Positions 41,583-58,331 are shown, counted from the first letter of the stretch. The stretch: DNA of 64,000 nucleotides from the human T2T-CHM13v2.0 reference genome, Homo sapiens (GCF_009914755.1 NC_060928.1), one strand, 5' to 3'. Numbers and translations: made by a program. The notes: generated by a model from the sequence alone, not told the origin.

Positions 41583-42050
41583 CAGGGATGCCCCTAATAT
41601 TTGTGGGGCAAAAGTATGAATGGAAGTTCATGTAGTGTATTATTTCTAAATACTTAAAAATTATAAGCCAAACTCATAAAAGCTTAAGTAAAATCTATTG
41701 TTTCCTTCTACTTTGACAAATATACCTTTATAATGACTGGGAAAGCATATTTGAATTTTAAATCCTTGGAATCCTTGAAGTTCCATTCAGGAAAGTGGAA
41801 GCACAGGGACATCTGGCCCCTGGCCCATAGCCTATTCTTGTTCTCCTTCTTCTCTTCCAATCCCAACTCTGTTCCACACCATGATAGGCATCACACCATG
41901 TCGGTGAACTTACTAACCTGTGCTTCAAACTCCATTCTCACTCTGCAAATATATCCTTCTTGACTATTTCTCAGGAGGGCCAAGCCTTGGGTCCATTGGT
42001 TGGGAATCCCAGGGAACTGAGTTGTGGCCTACTTTAGAAGGGGGCTGGTG
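41583..42050 (+). mobile_element. hAT-Tip100 DNA transposon relic (MER115/Zaphod-like)
   Basis: CAGGG...CTAATATTTGTGGGGC, TCTAAATACTTAAAAATTATAA, TTGACAAATATACCTTTATAATGAC. Confidence 0.55.
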
Positions 42051-42493
42051 AGTGTGAGCTTGTAGTTTATTTAATCTCTGTTCTGTCACTAATCTGTAAA
42101 CTCTGTAAGGGTAGGGACTTTGTTGCTTTCTTTACTATTCTATCCCAAGTACGTTGTACAGTGCAGGGATTGGGGAGATGCAAAGATAGAGCTGTTTAGT
42201 AAATGAATGAATGAATGAATAAGCAAGAATGACTCTTAGGTTTCTAGCTGGAGACTCTGGTAAATGCTGTGCCATTCACTACACACAAAATATAGGATGA
42301 TTGTAGCCTTATGAGGGATGGAGATTTGAATATCTTAAGTTTGAAGAGTGTGTGCTTATGCGGGTGCAATTTCTGGCAGGCATTGCACAAAGGGAACTGA
42401 AACTTATGAGAAAGATCTAAACTGAAGACATTGCTCTAACACATACTGGTATGTAGGTGTAGCTAAAGCTTTGAGAGTAAGGAACAGCAGATG

Positions 42494-42497
<4 letters not shown>

Positions 42498-42537
<40 letters not shown>
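42498..42537. repeat. (GA)20 microsatellite
   Basis: direct reading; lies within an antisense L2-like relic. Confidence 0.97.
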
Positions 42538-42544
<7 letters not shown>

Positions 42545-43138
42545 TGCCTGGACAGGAACCTTGGGGATAATCAACATTTAAAAGACAGACAAAGAGGAGC
42601 CTTGAAGAAAACTTTGAAGGTGCTTCCTGAGAGGTAGAGGAAAAGTGATACTACCAAGACAGAAGACAGCAAGGGAGTCAAAAACTGCCAAAAAGTCTAT
42701 TGAGATGTGAACAAAAAGTGTTCATTAGATTTGTCAACTCACATCTTGGCAAAACCAATTTTAATTATTTGAGCAAAAGCCAGATTTTCCTGAGTTGAGG
42801 AGAAAGGTAGGGAGAGGAAATGGTGAGTGTAGATGGCATTTTTCTGGACACTCCTCTGTGAAATTACAGGGACTGTGAATGTGGTACTATGAGGATATAT
42901 ATGTTGAAGGCAGAGTACTTGTTGAAGATTTTACAGCTAAATTACGCATCAACTACCCCTGCTAAAGGGAGATTATGAAGTGATGTTGAGTACTACTTCC
43001 AGCGTAAGACTTCGTGGTTTACAAAGAAGAGTTTGGGAATGATTCTGAGGAGAATCACACAGATGGTGATATGATCATAAAATAAGACCTTGGAGATATT
43101 AAGTAGGATGACTACCTTCAGCTATGAGGGATACAGCT

Positions 43139-43430
43139 TCTCAGAAGACAGTGACTATAATATGCTTGATCTCCCGAAAGGGGACAACATGGAAAAGGAC
43201 CTCAGTTGTACCAGGAGGAATTTAATTTAGAAAGCAGGATTTCCTGACATTGTGATTGAATGTTTAAACAGGTTACAAAAATTGTTATGAAATCTCAGAG
43301 GTCTCAAAAATATAACATTAACAGTTTTGAAATAAGACCTTGAAGAACAAATGTTGATGATTTCGATTAATCCTTTTTGAGCCAGAATAGCTGGTCAATG
43401 GCTCTGGTAGCTAAGGGACTGGCAATGCAA
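43139..43430 (+). repeat. Left copy of a ~292-bp dispersed inverted duplication
   Basis: reverse complement aligns to 46749-47043 at ~95% identity by hand alignment. Confidence 0.95.
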
Positions 43431-44522
43431 CTCCGTACAGCTGCACAGTCAGTCTCTTGCCAACTACATTGAGCTAATTTGACACAAAGTGGTTGTTTGT
43501 AAGCCCTAGAGAGCCTTTCCACATCTCAAACCCTGGAGCTGCTCAAAATACTTCCTGTGGGCTTCAAGTTTAGACCTAAATAAACTTGAAAAATCCATCT
43601 GGTGTGGGCTGATTCTAGAATTCTGGAATGTAAGATAATTTGGACAAAGACAGAAGCCAAGTGGAACTCTCAGAGCACTGTATGTCCTTGTAAAGGTTGG
43701 AGGCCTAAAATCCTATTTATTTTTCTCTTAAATTGAACTGAAGGGATGAATAGCTCATTGTGGATGGTTTATATACTGTTAGCCATCTTGCAGCATTGAG
43801 AACCTCTGCTTACTCTTACCTCCAATTGTATTTTTTTGGTGGAAAAAGAATATAAATCAACCATGCTATTTTCATTCAAACACCCATTTATTCTCTTAAA
43901 AATGTATCCTTGTGTTAGAAACATTTTGTTACTTTTTTAAATGAACGAGTTTATGAAATGTCTTTACAAGGTCATTTGTATCATATTTAAAGCTTTCATT
44001 GGTATTATAATTCTTGCATCTATAAAGATCTGGGTGAAAATGTAGATATTATTAAACTTAAATACCTGTAAAAACAGAAACAGAGAGAGGGAATTTTAGT
44101 TAATATAGGCTTTGGTTTCATGATGGTCCCTAAGTTTAAAATTGTGGTAAGTTTAGAAGGGTGTTGATTTTTCCTTTACCTAATATAAACTGTTATTTAA
44201 TCAGTAATAAACAGGATAAGTAGCTATTTCCATGGCTAATTTTGTTTATATGTTTATCTTTGTATATGTTTTCTATTACATCTCCCATTTTAGATTGACT
44301 ACGTGTTTAAATTCGTTACCTTAGGACTTGTTAGTGACAATACACCAGTCATAGGGTAGAGATATTGGTTGCTGCTGAATTTAATAATGAGTTATTATTC
44401 TAGGTTCATTAATTCATGGCATATTCACTCAACTCATTCATTCTATCACTTATTTATTTACATGGCCACTCTGTGCCACAAATCATGTTAAGGACTGTGG
44501 ATAAGTAAAAAATGTCCCCTGT

Positions 44523-44927
44523 TGATATAGTTTGGATATTTGCCCCCACCCAAATCTCATGTTGAATTGTAATCCCCAATGCTGGAGTTGGGGCCTGGTG
44601 GGAGGTGTTTGGATCATGGGGGCAGATCCCTCATGGCTTGCTGCTGTCTTTGGAATAGGGAGTTCTTATAAGATCTGCTCATTTAAAAGTGTGTGGCACC
44701 CCCACCCCAATCTCTCTCTTGCTTGTTCCTGTTCTCGCTATGTGCCTGCTTCCCCTTTGTCTTCCGCCATAATTGTAAGCTTCCTGCGACCTCCCTAGAA
44801 GCTGAGCAGATGCTAGCACCATGCTTCCTCTAAAGCCTGCAGAACCGTGAGCCAACTAAACCTCTTTTCTTTATAAATTACTCAGTCTCAGGAATTTTTT
44901 GTAGCAATGCAAGAACAGCCTAATATA
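44523..44927 (+). mobile_element. MaLR solo LTR, MST family (MSTA/MSTB-like)
   Basis: TGATATAGTTTGGATATTTG...AAATCTCATGTTGAATTGTAATCCCCA...CTCTTTTCTTTATAAATTAC...CCTAATATA; 5-bp TSD CCTGT/CCTGC. Confidence 0.92.
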
Positions 44928-45361
44928 CCTGCATCCCAGAAGCTTGCAATTGGTGAAAGGGGAATAGGTGTATGAAAAAAATGAGGGCAATTATATGAGT
45001 TAGAACTCCTTGAATTGCATGTGACTGAGACCCAACTTCAACTAGTTTAAGAAAAATAGGGAATTTATTGGCTCATAGAATCCAGTGAAGTTCTGAACAA
45101 AGCAAGCATTAAAAGAGAGGGATGCAGCCAAGCTTTATGGACACCCAGCAACAGTAATTTCCCTTAGGCCTAACTTTCTTTCTTTTACCTCTGTATTTCT
45201 CCGAGAATGAGACCTTTTTTTGTCCCTCACTACAGATAGGATTTATTGTCTGTGGTGGTGAACTCACTACTGCAAAGCATTGACTACCAAGCCTATGCTT
45301 TCCACAAGGGAGAGGAACCAACTCATGTTAGAAGCTTTGGTTTAAAAAATTCTTTTCTTTA

Positions 45362-47797
<2,436 letters not shown>

Positions 47798-50284
47798 TTA
47801 AAGATGTTAGAATTTTGCCTTGACACTAGAGTCTGATCTTTAGGAGGAGGAAGGACTTAAGGAATGTACCAGAAGGTTGGGAGAGGCAAGAGCTAGATCA
47901 AGAGGGGGATTTGAAAAGTAGGGGTGAAGATAAAGATCCAGTTTTAACTTGGAAGTGGAAACTACTTCCAGGAAGAATGATTCTAGGAAAGAAAAACTTG
48001 TTCTATATGGGGGTAGAAATTTTGAGTGGTGACAATAAGGCTTGGAGTCCTTCCAAACATATGAATTAGTTTCAGAATTATATTATTTGAATCAATTGAA
48101 CTTGAGAATTGGAATTGGTAGACATATTAAATCATTGCATTTTTATTAAGCTTTTTGACTTGAGGTTTCCAAATATTAGCAACTGCTTAATTAATTGGGC
48201 AGTAATCATGATGACGGGAGCTGTCTTTTATGTCTTTCAATGTGTCTGGCTCAGTGTTGAACATATAGAAACATGACTTACTGATTTCTAATAATTTGAC
48301 AAGTACATTATATAGTATTTAGTAGATATGTACTTAGGTAAAATACATTTAAATTGACTAATTTCTCCACTGGAAAACTAAATTTATGTAATCAGGATTT
48401 TCTCTAAATAGTGGGCTGATTCCTTACCTTTATGGTCAGTGCAGTGGACCAAGACCAATAACATGGTGTATGATAAGATATTTGCTTTTGGGTGGGGAAG
48501 ATTTGCTTAAAGCGGAGAAGGTTTCAGGATGACAAAACAAATTTTCCCGCAAGTTTGGTATCAAGCTTTTGTTTTGTTATACTTGATTATCTACTTTGGC
48601 TGAATAATCCAAACATACATTCCAATCCAATTTAGTCCCTGCTTAGAGTGGCTCTTCTTATTTGTCCAAGAGTTTCAGAACTATTTTTTTTCTACTTCTT
48701 CTGAGCATTCAGCCTTTATGTATTTCAAGGACAACAGACTCCAGAGATTTGGGTTTTATTCATGACTTCTTCAAGAAGTGGGCCATGCTATTTCAGTCAT
48801 TTTTAATTGGGGGGCAAGTTGGATGCTGAATATTTCAAAGGAGAAAATAAAATAACCTAGTAGATATGTTTCCTGGCATAGATGATAGAAAAGTCACTTA
48901 GACTCCTGTATGCCATAGTTTAATCAAAATGTATCCAGTTCACTGTCTGTCCTTCCATTAATATCACAACTTAATGTACAAGTCTTTAGCATATCCTATA
49001 CTTTGCCTAAAAGAAAAATGTATTTAACATCTCAGTGAATATACTTATTTAATGCAGCTCATAGATTCATATGTTTGACAAAGATAGTGAGAAATTTTAG
49101 GTAAAAATGATTTTCACAAAAGAGAATTGCATTATATGTTAAATTTATAAAACTATTTCCAAGAATCATGGAATCATAAAAGTGAGACAACAAACTCAAT
49201 TCTTTTGCGTAAATTCTTTTGGCATTTGTTTAATGATTTTCTCAATCCTCCTGTTAGTTATATGAATCACAGGATTCCCAATGATTTGATAAATGTGAGT
49301 ATGAAGTTTAACATACTTAGACTGGAAAAAGCTATCCAACAAGTGAGTCACAAGTGAGAAATACCCAACACAAATGTGTTATTTCACCTAAATTCTGATT
49401 AATAAAAAAATAAATGTGTGTTTAATGTTTTTTTTTCTCAATTATTTTAAGAATCCATAACACACCAATCGAACTTTAAAGTTGAACAGAAAGTTCCTGG
49501 AAATGACCTGGTCTAAGCTCTTAGCTGTCAGATGAGAAACACAGGCCTGGAGAGTTGGCCTGATGCATGCTTATTTATCTATGCAAGGACCTCAGCCAAT
49601 GAGGTCCCAGATGGGCCCTGTGACCACCTACCATGAGAACTTGTAACCATTACCATAACCATCACCATTTGTACACTTGCATACTAGCCAGACAGTATAC
49701 TAGTGTTTTATTTAATTCCTTCAATAATTCAGTGAGGTGCTTAACGTTAACATCCCTGTTTAACAGGAAAAAAAAAGAGGGGTAAAGTCACTTATTCAAC
49801 TAGTCTTAAAGGAACTTTGAACCCAGTTTTTCCTGACTTCAAAACCCAAACTCTTTTCAACTATTCTGCCATTAAATAATGGTACTGTGGTGGGCTTATT
49901 GCCAAGTATGGAGGGTTTAGAGCAAGTGCATGACAATACCAAAGCAGAGTTCTTTTAGAATAATCAAATGCTGCTAACTGGGTGTGTGATTCTGAGGGAG
50001 ACAGCCTATTTTCATGTCTGATAGAGTTCCTTTGAATGGAGAATATGGAAGATCCTGTACTTTATTAGGTGGCCCTCTCTACTTTAATTATCCTGATGCC
50101 TGTCCTCTGAGTCTTTCTCATTCTCCTCTCTTGTCTTAATCCTGATTTAAAAGGAGGATAAGAAACATAAGCAGATGAATAAAAATAGCAGCCCAGGAAG
50201 CTTTGCATTGATTCATTCTACAAATAGTTGTTAAATAAATACATGTGCCAGACACTATTCCTGATCTTTTAAAACTTGTGTTCT

Positions 50285-50317
<33 letters not shown>

Positions 50318-50322
50318 GTGTG
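50285..50322. repeat. Imperfect (TG)n microsatellite
   Basis: direct reading. Confidence 0.93.
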
Positions 50323-50914
50323 ATGCACATAAATAAACTATTTGATCATCAATAACTTTTCACAGTAGTATCTTCTCACACTAGTGAACATTTTTGGGGT
50401 AGTTTTGGTACAGGCATTTAGGTTGATTTTTTTTTCCTTACAAAGTTCCTGGTAAGTTTGGAGGCTGGGAGTTTGATTATAGAAGGTATTATTAGTGCCT
50501 GTCTCTTAATTGATCAGAGGTTTTGCTATACTAAAATGACCGTTCTTAAAAAAGTGTTTCCGAAGATCTCTCAAGCTTTATAAACCTTCATTTTTGTACA
50601 TGTTGTAACTGTTTGCTGAAAAATTCATTCTGTAGGTGGCTGAAACCTCCAGGGGGCTATGCACTGGGTGAGAGAAGTGAAATAGGATGTGGTAGGAGAG
50701 TAAATGGCAAAACAAGGGAGAGGAAAAAACATCCTAGTTTTCTTCTGCCTGGAAATAAACATGCAGGAAGCTTTAATATCAGTAGCAGCTGTAGATTTTT
50801 TTTAAGTTAAAAGTTTTGGAGATAGTTGGAAAAACAAAAACAAAAACAAACCACATCTGGAAACATTTCAAGCAAAGGCAATGTAAAAAATGTGTTGGAT
50901 GATATATTAGGAGA

Positions 50915-51370
50915 AGAGCTGGTTGCAAGTAACACTAAAATTTAAAATGAGATCACTTATTTCTCTCTTATTTTATGCCTGGAGGAAAGAAATACAATGT
51001 AAGTGATCAAGGCTTTGTGGAGCAAAGCCTCAAGGATCTAGGTGCCTCATTGCTTGGAGTTTTACTACATAAGGCCTCTATTTTTAAGATAACGTCAAGG
51101 TCCAAGAAGGCTGCTTCAGCTCTAGCCATCACATCACTTTCCAGGTGGCAGGAAGAAGAAAGATGATGAGCCTACTCTCTCCCTTTAAGGTTATTTGGCA
51201 TAGGTTGCATGTATTACTTCAATGTGCATCCAGAATTTAGACAAATAGTCACAACTAGGTGCAAAATGGCTAGGAAATAAGAGTATTTCAAATACCCAAC
51301 TAAAGTTCAGGGATTCTATTACTATAGAAAATGAAAAAATAATTAGTGACAACTATTACAGTTTCTGCCA
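50915..51370. mobile_element. Old MaLR LTR (MLT1J/K/L-like)
   Basis: GGTTGCAAGTAAC..., CCAAGAAGGCTGCTTCAGCTCTAGCCATCACATC..., GATTCTATTACTA..., ends TCTGCCAC. Confidence 0.6.
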
Positions 51371-51676
51371 CGGATAACTTTCACTTTTCTCTCTGTCCCA
51401 AGTCTTACAAGTCTATAATTTTAAATCCAGTCTGAGCATGTTTTCAATGAAACCTATTCTTTCCAATTTGTTTCTGAGTAGCAAAAACACTTTCTAATGC
51501 CCTGAGACACATTGCAGGTGAAGAATGGAATTAGGAAAAAAAGGAATGGCAAATGGATTTTCAACTTGCTCTGGGCATCACTAAAATTCCACAGAAACAG
51601 TAGCATCATTTCAGCATGACCAGTTCCCCTCATTCACAATGACTTTAATGTTGCAAAACAATTCAGATTCCTCAGG

Positions 51677-52079
51677 CACCTGGCAGCTGCGTGCCTGACT
51701 CAGTCTTTCAAATTGAGACACAGTTGGGACCTCAACTCCTGCTGCCTGACCTGCAGAGCATTTTCCTCTCCGTAGTTTTAGGAGGTGTCATCAGCCCAGT
51801 AGGGGAAACTCTTGGCAAACCCAAGGCGTTTTCCTTCCAGAAACTCAATGATCCTGCCTCTGTGAAAGGGCCAAATTTGTCAGTGGGAAAAGAATTTTAA
51901 GAAGTATCATGAAATAAACTGTGTTGCCATGCTCTGAATATTGACCCTTAGTAATAAAAGGTTCTTACATTTTCAAACATGGCGTTGGAGTCATCTCTTT
52001 AAATAATTAGCAAGAAGGGAGACAAGATGCAGGAGTTCACTTGGCTCTTTGAAAAGGAAAACTTTAAAGTCAGGTACGT
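51677..52079 (+). promoter_or_regulatory. Candidate promoter/enhancer and first exon ending at a splice donor
   Basis: E-boxes CACCTG 51677 and CAGCTG 51684, AP-1 TGACTCA 51696-51702, AACATGGCG (YY1-like, Kozak-like ATG 51979), ATG 52027, donor CAG|GTACGT at 52073/52074; no recognisable repeat. Motif evidence only. Confidence 0.35.
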
Positions 52080-55000
52080 TGGAAAAAAGTGAATCAAAAC
52101 ATAGGTACCTATAATCTTTCATAGTAAAATATTGGGGTTATTTTTTCTAAGATCCTACATGTGAACAAAAGAGGAGTGCCACAGTCTTGTATGTGCCTAT
52201 ATAGATGATATTTATTCTTAGGCATTTTTCAAGTTAAATATTTATTACTACTAGAGAGTTGCCCTGTTCTTCAATTATTTTTTTTCTTGGTCTCTTCCCT
52301 CACACAATTTAAAAATGATCCAAATGTTCCACTCACTGAGTGTGGGAAGACATAGAACAGAAGGAGGGGAAGAATGACAGAAACTCAGTGAAGGCCTTCA
52401 GAACCGTTTGCCAAGAAACGTTTTGGAGAGGTTAATGATACTTGAACACTAATGCTCTTCAGTTGCTTTTACCTTGAAGACATCCAGCTACTGTGTGTAG
52501 TTTAAACTACCTATCTACAAGCAGCAATTCTAATTATCATTGCCTCTTCTTATACCCAGAAATATTTGGCTGGATCAAGTTAGTTCTCAGATGTTGGTCA
52601 GTTTTCTGAGTTTTAAAAAGCGTTACTCATTACAACATTTGGAGCCTCCATTCTTTGTCCTTTACGGACATGGTAATATCAGTTTCCAAATTCAGAACTG
52701 TGACAGCATTCCGGTGGAGTATCCAAACTTGTTTTTATAGTCTTGGACAGAGAAGAAAAGAAAACATACTGGATAAAGTATGAGGAGTTTTTCCTTCTGC
52801 TAAACTCCCCCCACCTCCCGAACTCAACCAGAAAGAAACAAAATTAAAAACAAAGGAACCAGAAAATAAATGTGTGTCTGGGAATCTGATGGATTAGTTT
52901 CCTCCTAATATACCTGCTTCAGTAAATGCTTGCAGGAGAAATGTTTGCCTGTTCCTCAAATGTCATAGCTTTCCTTTGGTCTCTCTGGGTGGATCCAATT
53001 TCTCGGCAGTGTGATGTATTCCTTGTTGTTTCCAGTATTTTCAATGAACAGGAATCATCTGGTATATAATCCATGGCTGGGCTGAAGGCTGAGTGCAGCT
53101 GGCCACAGCTGTGCTAGAGTAGCCTGAGAAGAGAACTGCTCATATAAGGTTGTTTAAGAAGGTATTTGCAAGTGGAGCAGACAATGGGCTCGGTGCCAAT
53201 CTCAGTCAGTGACATGGGTTAACCTTCTGTAGGCATTATGTGGTCATTGGTGGCCACAGAAGTGGACTTGAAAAGAAAGTGGAGTGTTCACTACCCGATG
53301 GCCTGTTTCACAGCTGAGTTTCAACCTCTTTGTGGCCAGATGAGCCTAATATAGTAAAAACTTTTTCATTCATTCTCGCCTTTTAAAGCTTTTCACTACA
53401 AATTTGTCTTTGGAGAAGTCTTAGCAGTGACACCACTTTTCCATTAATATTGGAGTGTATATTTACATGGACTCTTTAAATAATTTGTGTCTGATTGATT
53501 CTGAAAAGCATGCAATGTCTTTTGTGTGGGAAGAGCTAGTTCTTATAGAGTGCAAATTCATGGCATGCGGATGCTCTGGGGCAGCAGGAGAGCAGGAATG
53601 ATTAAGACAAAAAGAACAAAGAGGATGAATTGGCAGAAAGGGCTTGGAGGGTATGTTTGGCTTTAGACAGACTAAAGGAAGGACACTGAATTCATAGAGT
53701 AAGGTGGTGTTGGGTGTCATTAGTTAGAAAGGAAAAGGTCAAGTCCCTAGAAAAAGCTATACGCTAGCAAGAATTCTCCAGTACTAAGGAATTAAACAGG
53801 CGGGGCCTGGACTCAAGAAGATGTAGGGGTCCCTGGATGGAGGAGACACTGAGACAATCTTTTGGCAAAACAGAGGATGTTTTCATTTTTTCCTTTTTTG
53901 TACTGATGACTGTGTGTAGGTGCTTGCTGCCAAAGGGAGAATTGTGGGCTGTCCCCTCCTGATTTAGCAATGCCAGAGGTAGTCAACCTTCTGAGAAGAA
54001 CTTATACACATCTACTGTGAAGTTGGTAGTGGCTCTGTGATTCTCTTATTTTGAAAATTCACTGCCGGGTGAGTTTTAGAAGTTCTTTAGTACTTTACTT
54101 AAAATTTTCCCCCCAAATTAGCAGGGAATAATTTAAAATCATTTTCAAAATTCAGAGAAGTGGTTAAAGATTGTTTACCCTACCCACTGCTTTTCTTGCA
54201 ACTGAATAAGACAGCGTATTAGGAAAAATGAAGCATCAGAATTGAACAGTACTTACTAGGAAGTTCAGTGTGTTCTGTGGTATTGTAGTGTACATTTTCC
54301 TGAGAAGGCTAAATAAACCAAGCCCAACTGGCATGCGTAATAAAACAAAAAATTGATATTGTAGTTAAGGAAAAAGCTATGAAGATAAAGGCAGCTTGAG
54401 ATAGACATTTCTTGATGGCATTAACAAAGGTAGTACAGCTTGAGCTAAGTCTCTTAAACTATACTGCTAAGTAGTGTGGGAGGTAGTGGCTATTCCCTCT
54501 ATCTACTGCTCTCTTTTTCTCTCTGTCTCTATCTCTCTCCATATTTTCAGAGTAGTGGACAAGTGTGTATGATGAGTACAGGTGGAAATTTGCCTGCAAG
54601 CCCAGTGAGAGGGTCAGCACCTTCCCTGATTAGGTCAAAGCCAACAAGGATAAGGGGCAGGACAAGTTCTTCCCTCTTGATGGGTGCCCTGAAGGTCCAG
54701 GACTTCAAGCAACTCAGGCCAAGAATTTGCTTTCAGTATCCTTTATACAAATAAATACAGTTAAATTAGATGGGCTGGTCATACTGTTCATTGAGCAATA
54801 GCAGTTCTACTCCTTTACACACACTTAACCCTCTGTCTTCATATAAAGAACTTCCTTTTAAATTCATGCCTCAAAAAATTATAAGAGTTTCATGCATCTT
54901 TCAAAAATGAGTGCTCATTGACTGCTTTTGTGTACACTTTACCAAACTCTTAACTTATGCAGTAGGAAAAATTTAAAAGACATAATTCTTGCCCAGTGAA

Positions 55001-55489
55001 TGTCTTAACACATATAGTAACCTAAGGTATGTATTCCAGTATAAGAGCTATAGAAAAAGTAACTATGGGCTAGAGTTAGGGGAATTAGAAAGACAAATTT
55101 TTATGAAAACCAAACATTATATATACCAAGTTTTCATGGGCTCTGGTGTCTGATTTTTTTTCTGTGCACCTTTCTTGATATTGTTAGCTATAGATACTTA
55201 GGCATGGGTTGATAGATACATATACAGGTTGAAAGTTGATACACATTCTTATTTGTTTCCCACAATTGTTTTCTCTTAATTTAACGAGGCCACCAAAACC
55301 AGTGGGGAAAAGCCAATGTGGAAATTTTTGAAAAAAATCCCACATATAGTATTCACATTTTGAATGAGAAAACCCAGAGGAAAAAAAGGTGCTCAATACA
55401 TGGGGGATGATGGAAAAATATTTTATTATGACGTGGCCTTGACCAGGCTACTATTTTTGCTGGACTAGAATGTGTTTTGTTATAATTTT

Positions 55490-56112
55490 TCATTTTATTT
55501 TATTTTATTTTATTTTACTTTAAGTTCTGGGATGCATGTGCCGAACATGCAGGTTTGTTACATAGGTATACGTGTGCCATGGTGGTTTGCTGCACCTATC
55601 AACCTGCCATGTAGGTTTTAAGCCCCGCATGCATTAGATATTTGTCCTAATGCTCCCCCTCCCCTTGCCCCCCACCCACTGACAAGCCCCGGTGTGTGAT
55701 GTTCCCCTCCCTGTGTCCATGTATTCTCACAGTTCAACTCCTACTTATGAGTGAGAACATGCGATGTTTGGTTTTCTGTTCCTGTGTTAGTTTGCTGAGA
55801 ATGATGGCTTCCAGCTTCATCCATGTCCCTGCAAAGGACATGAACTCATTCTTTTTTATGGCTGCATAGTATTCCATGGTGTATATGTGCCACATTTTCT
55901 TTATCCAGTCTATTATTGATGGGCATTTGGGTTGGTTCCAAGTCTTTGCTATTGTAAATAGTGCTGCAGTAAATATATGTGTACATGTGTCTTTATAGTA
56001 GAATGATTTATAAACCTTTGGATATATACCCAGTAATGGGATTGCTGGGTCAAATAGTATTTCTGGTTCTAGATCCTTGAGGAATTGCCACATTCTCTTC
56101 CACAATGGTTGA
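55490..56112 (-). mobile_element. L1PA7/8-like 3' fragment with 16-bp TSD
   Basis: ORF2 C-terminus open (55734..56105); TSD GTTTTGTTATAATTTT at 55474-55489 and 56113-56128, followed by AA (TT/AAAA site on minus strand). Confidence 0.96.
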
Positions 56113-57065
56113 GTTTTGTTATAATTTTAAATCTCTCTTGATCTCCCTTATAACTCCATTATGACACCTTTTATGGTCTTTAAAAATTATGCAGAAATAC
56201 ATACTGCATGCTATTCTGTATTTAGGTTGGCTGGGAGAGTTTTAGGCAGAAAACTTGCAATTTTTCCACTAGGTTTTGCTGTTGGAATTACAGAAATTCT
56301 CTTTCTTTGTTACCAAATATGAGCCAGAAGGCTAGAACCCTGGCTGATGGCATGGCACCAGCTTTCATGGGGCTACATACCCACTAGTATTTAATGAATT
56401 GCATTCCTGTGGACACGAACCAAACAGGATACTTAATTTGATTACTTATCAATTGTCACAATTCTTTCATTCTAGGTGATATGGCTGGCTTATAGGTATC
56501 ACCAGTACATTCATTCTACACCTTTATCCTCTTTTTTACATCCCAAAGTATAAAATAAACATGAAAAAATTATTGGACTGTTGCTATGGAGAAAAAGATC
56601 TTTCTATATATCTTTGTAATAGAAATGCCCAGTAAAGAATTGTGCCTGGGCATTTTTTTCATTTGGAGCAATTATATGGAACATCCCTTAGGTTTGATTT
56701 TGTGTTTATATCATAATGCATAGCCAAGTGTTGATACTGTGCCTATGTGGAGTCCAGATATCGTTCTGCTGTTAATGACTATAACATGATGTGAAGGTTG
56801 AAACCAGAAAGTTCACTTTTGCAGTCTGAAAGCAGCTGCCAACAGATGAGGGTAACAGAGCAAAGCTTGCCTCCAGCCTCCATGGTTTCTGCTGCCAGAA
56901 CATTCTTCTTCCATTACTTCATATGGACCAGATAGGACCAAAGGTGCTCTGAAGATATCCCCATGTTTCCTACTAATAAAAAGAGCAGGATATCAACTTA
57001 CACATTTATTGCAACCACATAGTATGTGTTAAAAACTTGCTAGGGATGTTTAGCTTTGTAAATTA

Positions 57066-57208
57066 CAGCAGCTTCTCAAACTTTACTGCATCTGCAAATC
57101 CGTGGAGATTTAATGGATCTGAGGTGGCACCCAGATATTCTGCACATCTAACAAGCTCCCAGGAGATGCTGATGCTGCTGGTCTGTGCACCAAACTTGTG
57201 TAGCAAGG
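57066..57208. mobile_element. MER5A-like hAT MITE
   Basis: CAGCAGCTTCTCAAACTTTACTGCATC...CTAACAAGCTCCCAGGAGATGCTGATGCTGCTGGTC. Confidence 0.8.
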
Positions 57209-58331
57209 AACTGAAGCATAATACTGAAGTGACCCTGATGCCAGGTCTAATAACAATACCAACAATTTTTCTCTGACCCATAGAGTTGACTACATTCTGT
57301 GTCTTAGTTAACCTCCTAAATATTTGCTGTTGGCCAGGGGGAGGACCTGGTGGTGATAGGAGAATGACTGGACTTGGTCTACAGGGTATGTAGAATGGTA
57401 TTGGGATAGCCCCTATACTCCCATAATTCCTTAAGCTGTATCAGTTCATGAAGTCATTTGTATTAATAGTCAATTTAAAATGTTAGCTCTTAGATTAAAT
57501 TAGTTTAGTTAGTTGGTTTGTTCAAAACAGGAAATTGCTGGTAGGAGAGAGGGGTTGAGAGAAGCATGGGATGAGACTAAGAGTTTAAGAACTGGAAAAA
57601 ATGAGGAAAGGTATTTTGGAGTATATGACATTTCAGAGAATAAACAACTTGCAAGGGACAAAGGACAATTCAGTGGAGAATGAGAGTGAGGTTTGGCTGG
57701 CCCAGTGGGGATTAGGGTATATAGGCAGCCAGGTTGGAGTAGTTAGTCCTGGTACAGATCAATAATATCACTGATGACCAGCTCAGAATGCACATTCCAT
57801 TGGTGGTGACCCAACTGCAACAGCATAATTAAACAAAACAAAACAAAACAAACAAACAAAAAACTAACGAAACATTATTTCTTTTCAGGTGGATCTCTTC
57901 TGGTTTAGCAAGGAAGAAAATATTTCTCAGGGTTTATACCTGCTTGCAAGTTGGGAATTCCAGAAATCTCTTACTTTCTAGACCAGTGCAGTACCCTATT
58001 TTGAAAAGGCAGAGGGATTAATTTTCAAATTTATGTGTTTACACTGGTTTGATTTCAATGGCCCCAGGGTGACTTGAATAATTGAAAAGTAATATTGTTC
58101 CTAGAAACTTTTGGAAGACAAAAAACATTAAAAAAATATTTTGACCATTGTGTACCTGGAATTCTTGACCTTAGTAGATCTGGTGCAGTTAGTGGGCATG
58201 GAATTATTATAAATCATTGTTTTCCACTTCAAATAGATTTTAAAAAAACTATTTTCATTTCCTAATTATTTTAAGTTCATTAAATGTCTAGCCTTCTTTA
58301 TAAATCTATAATTACATAACCCTAGAATGAA

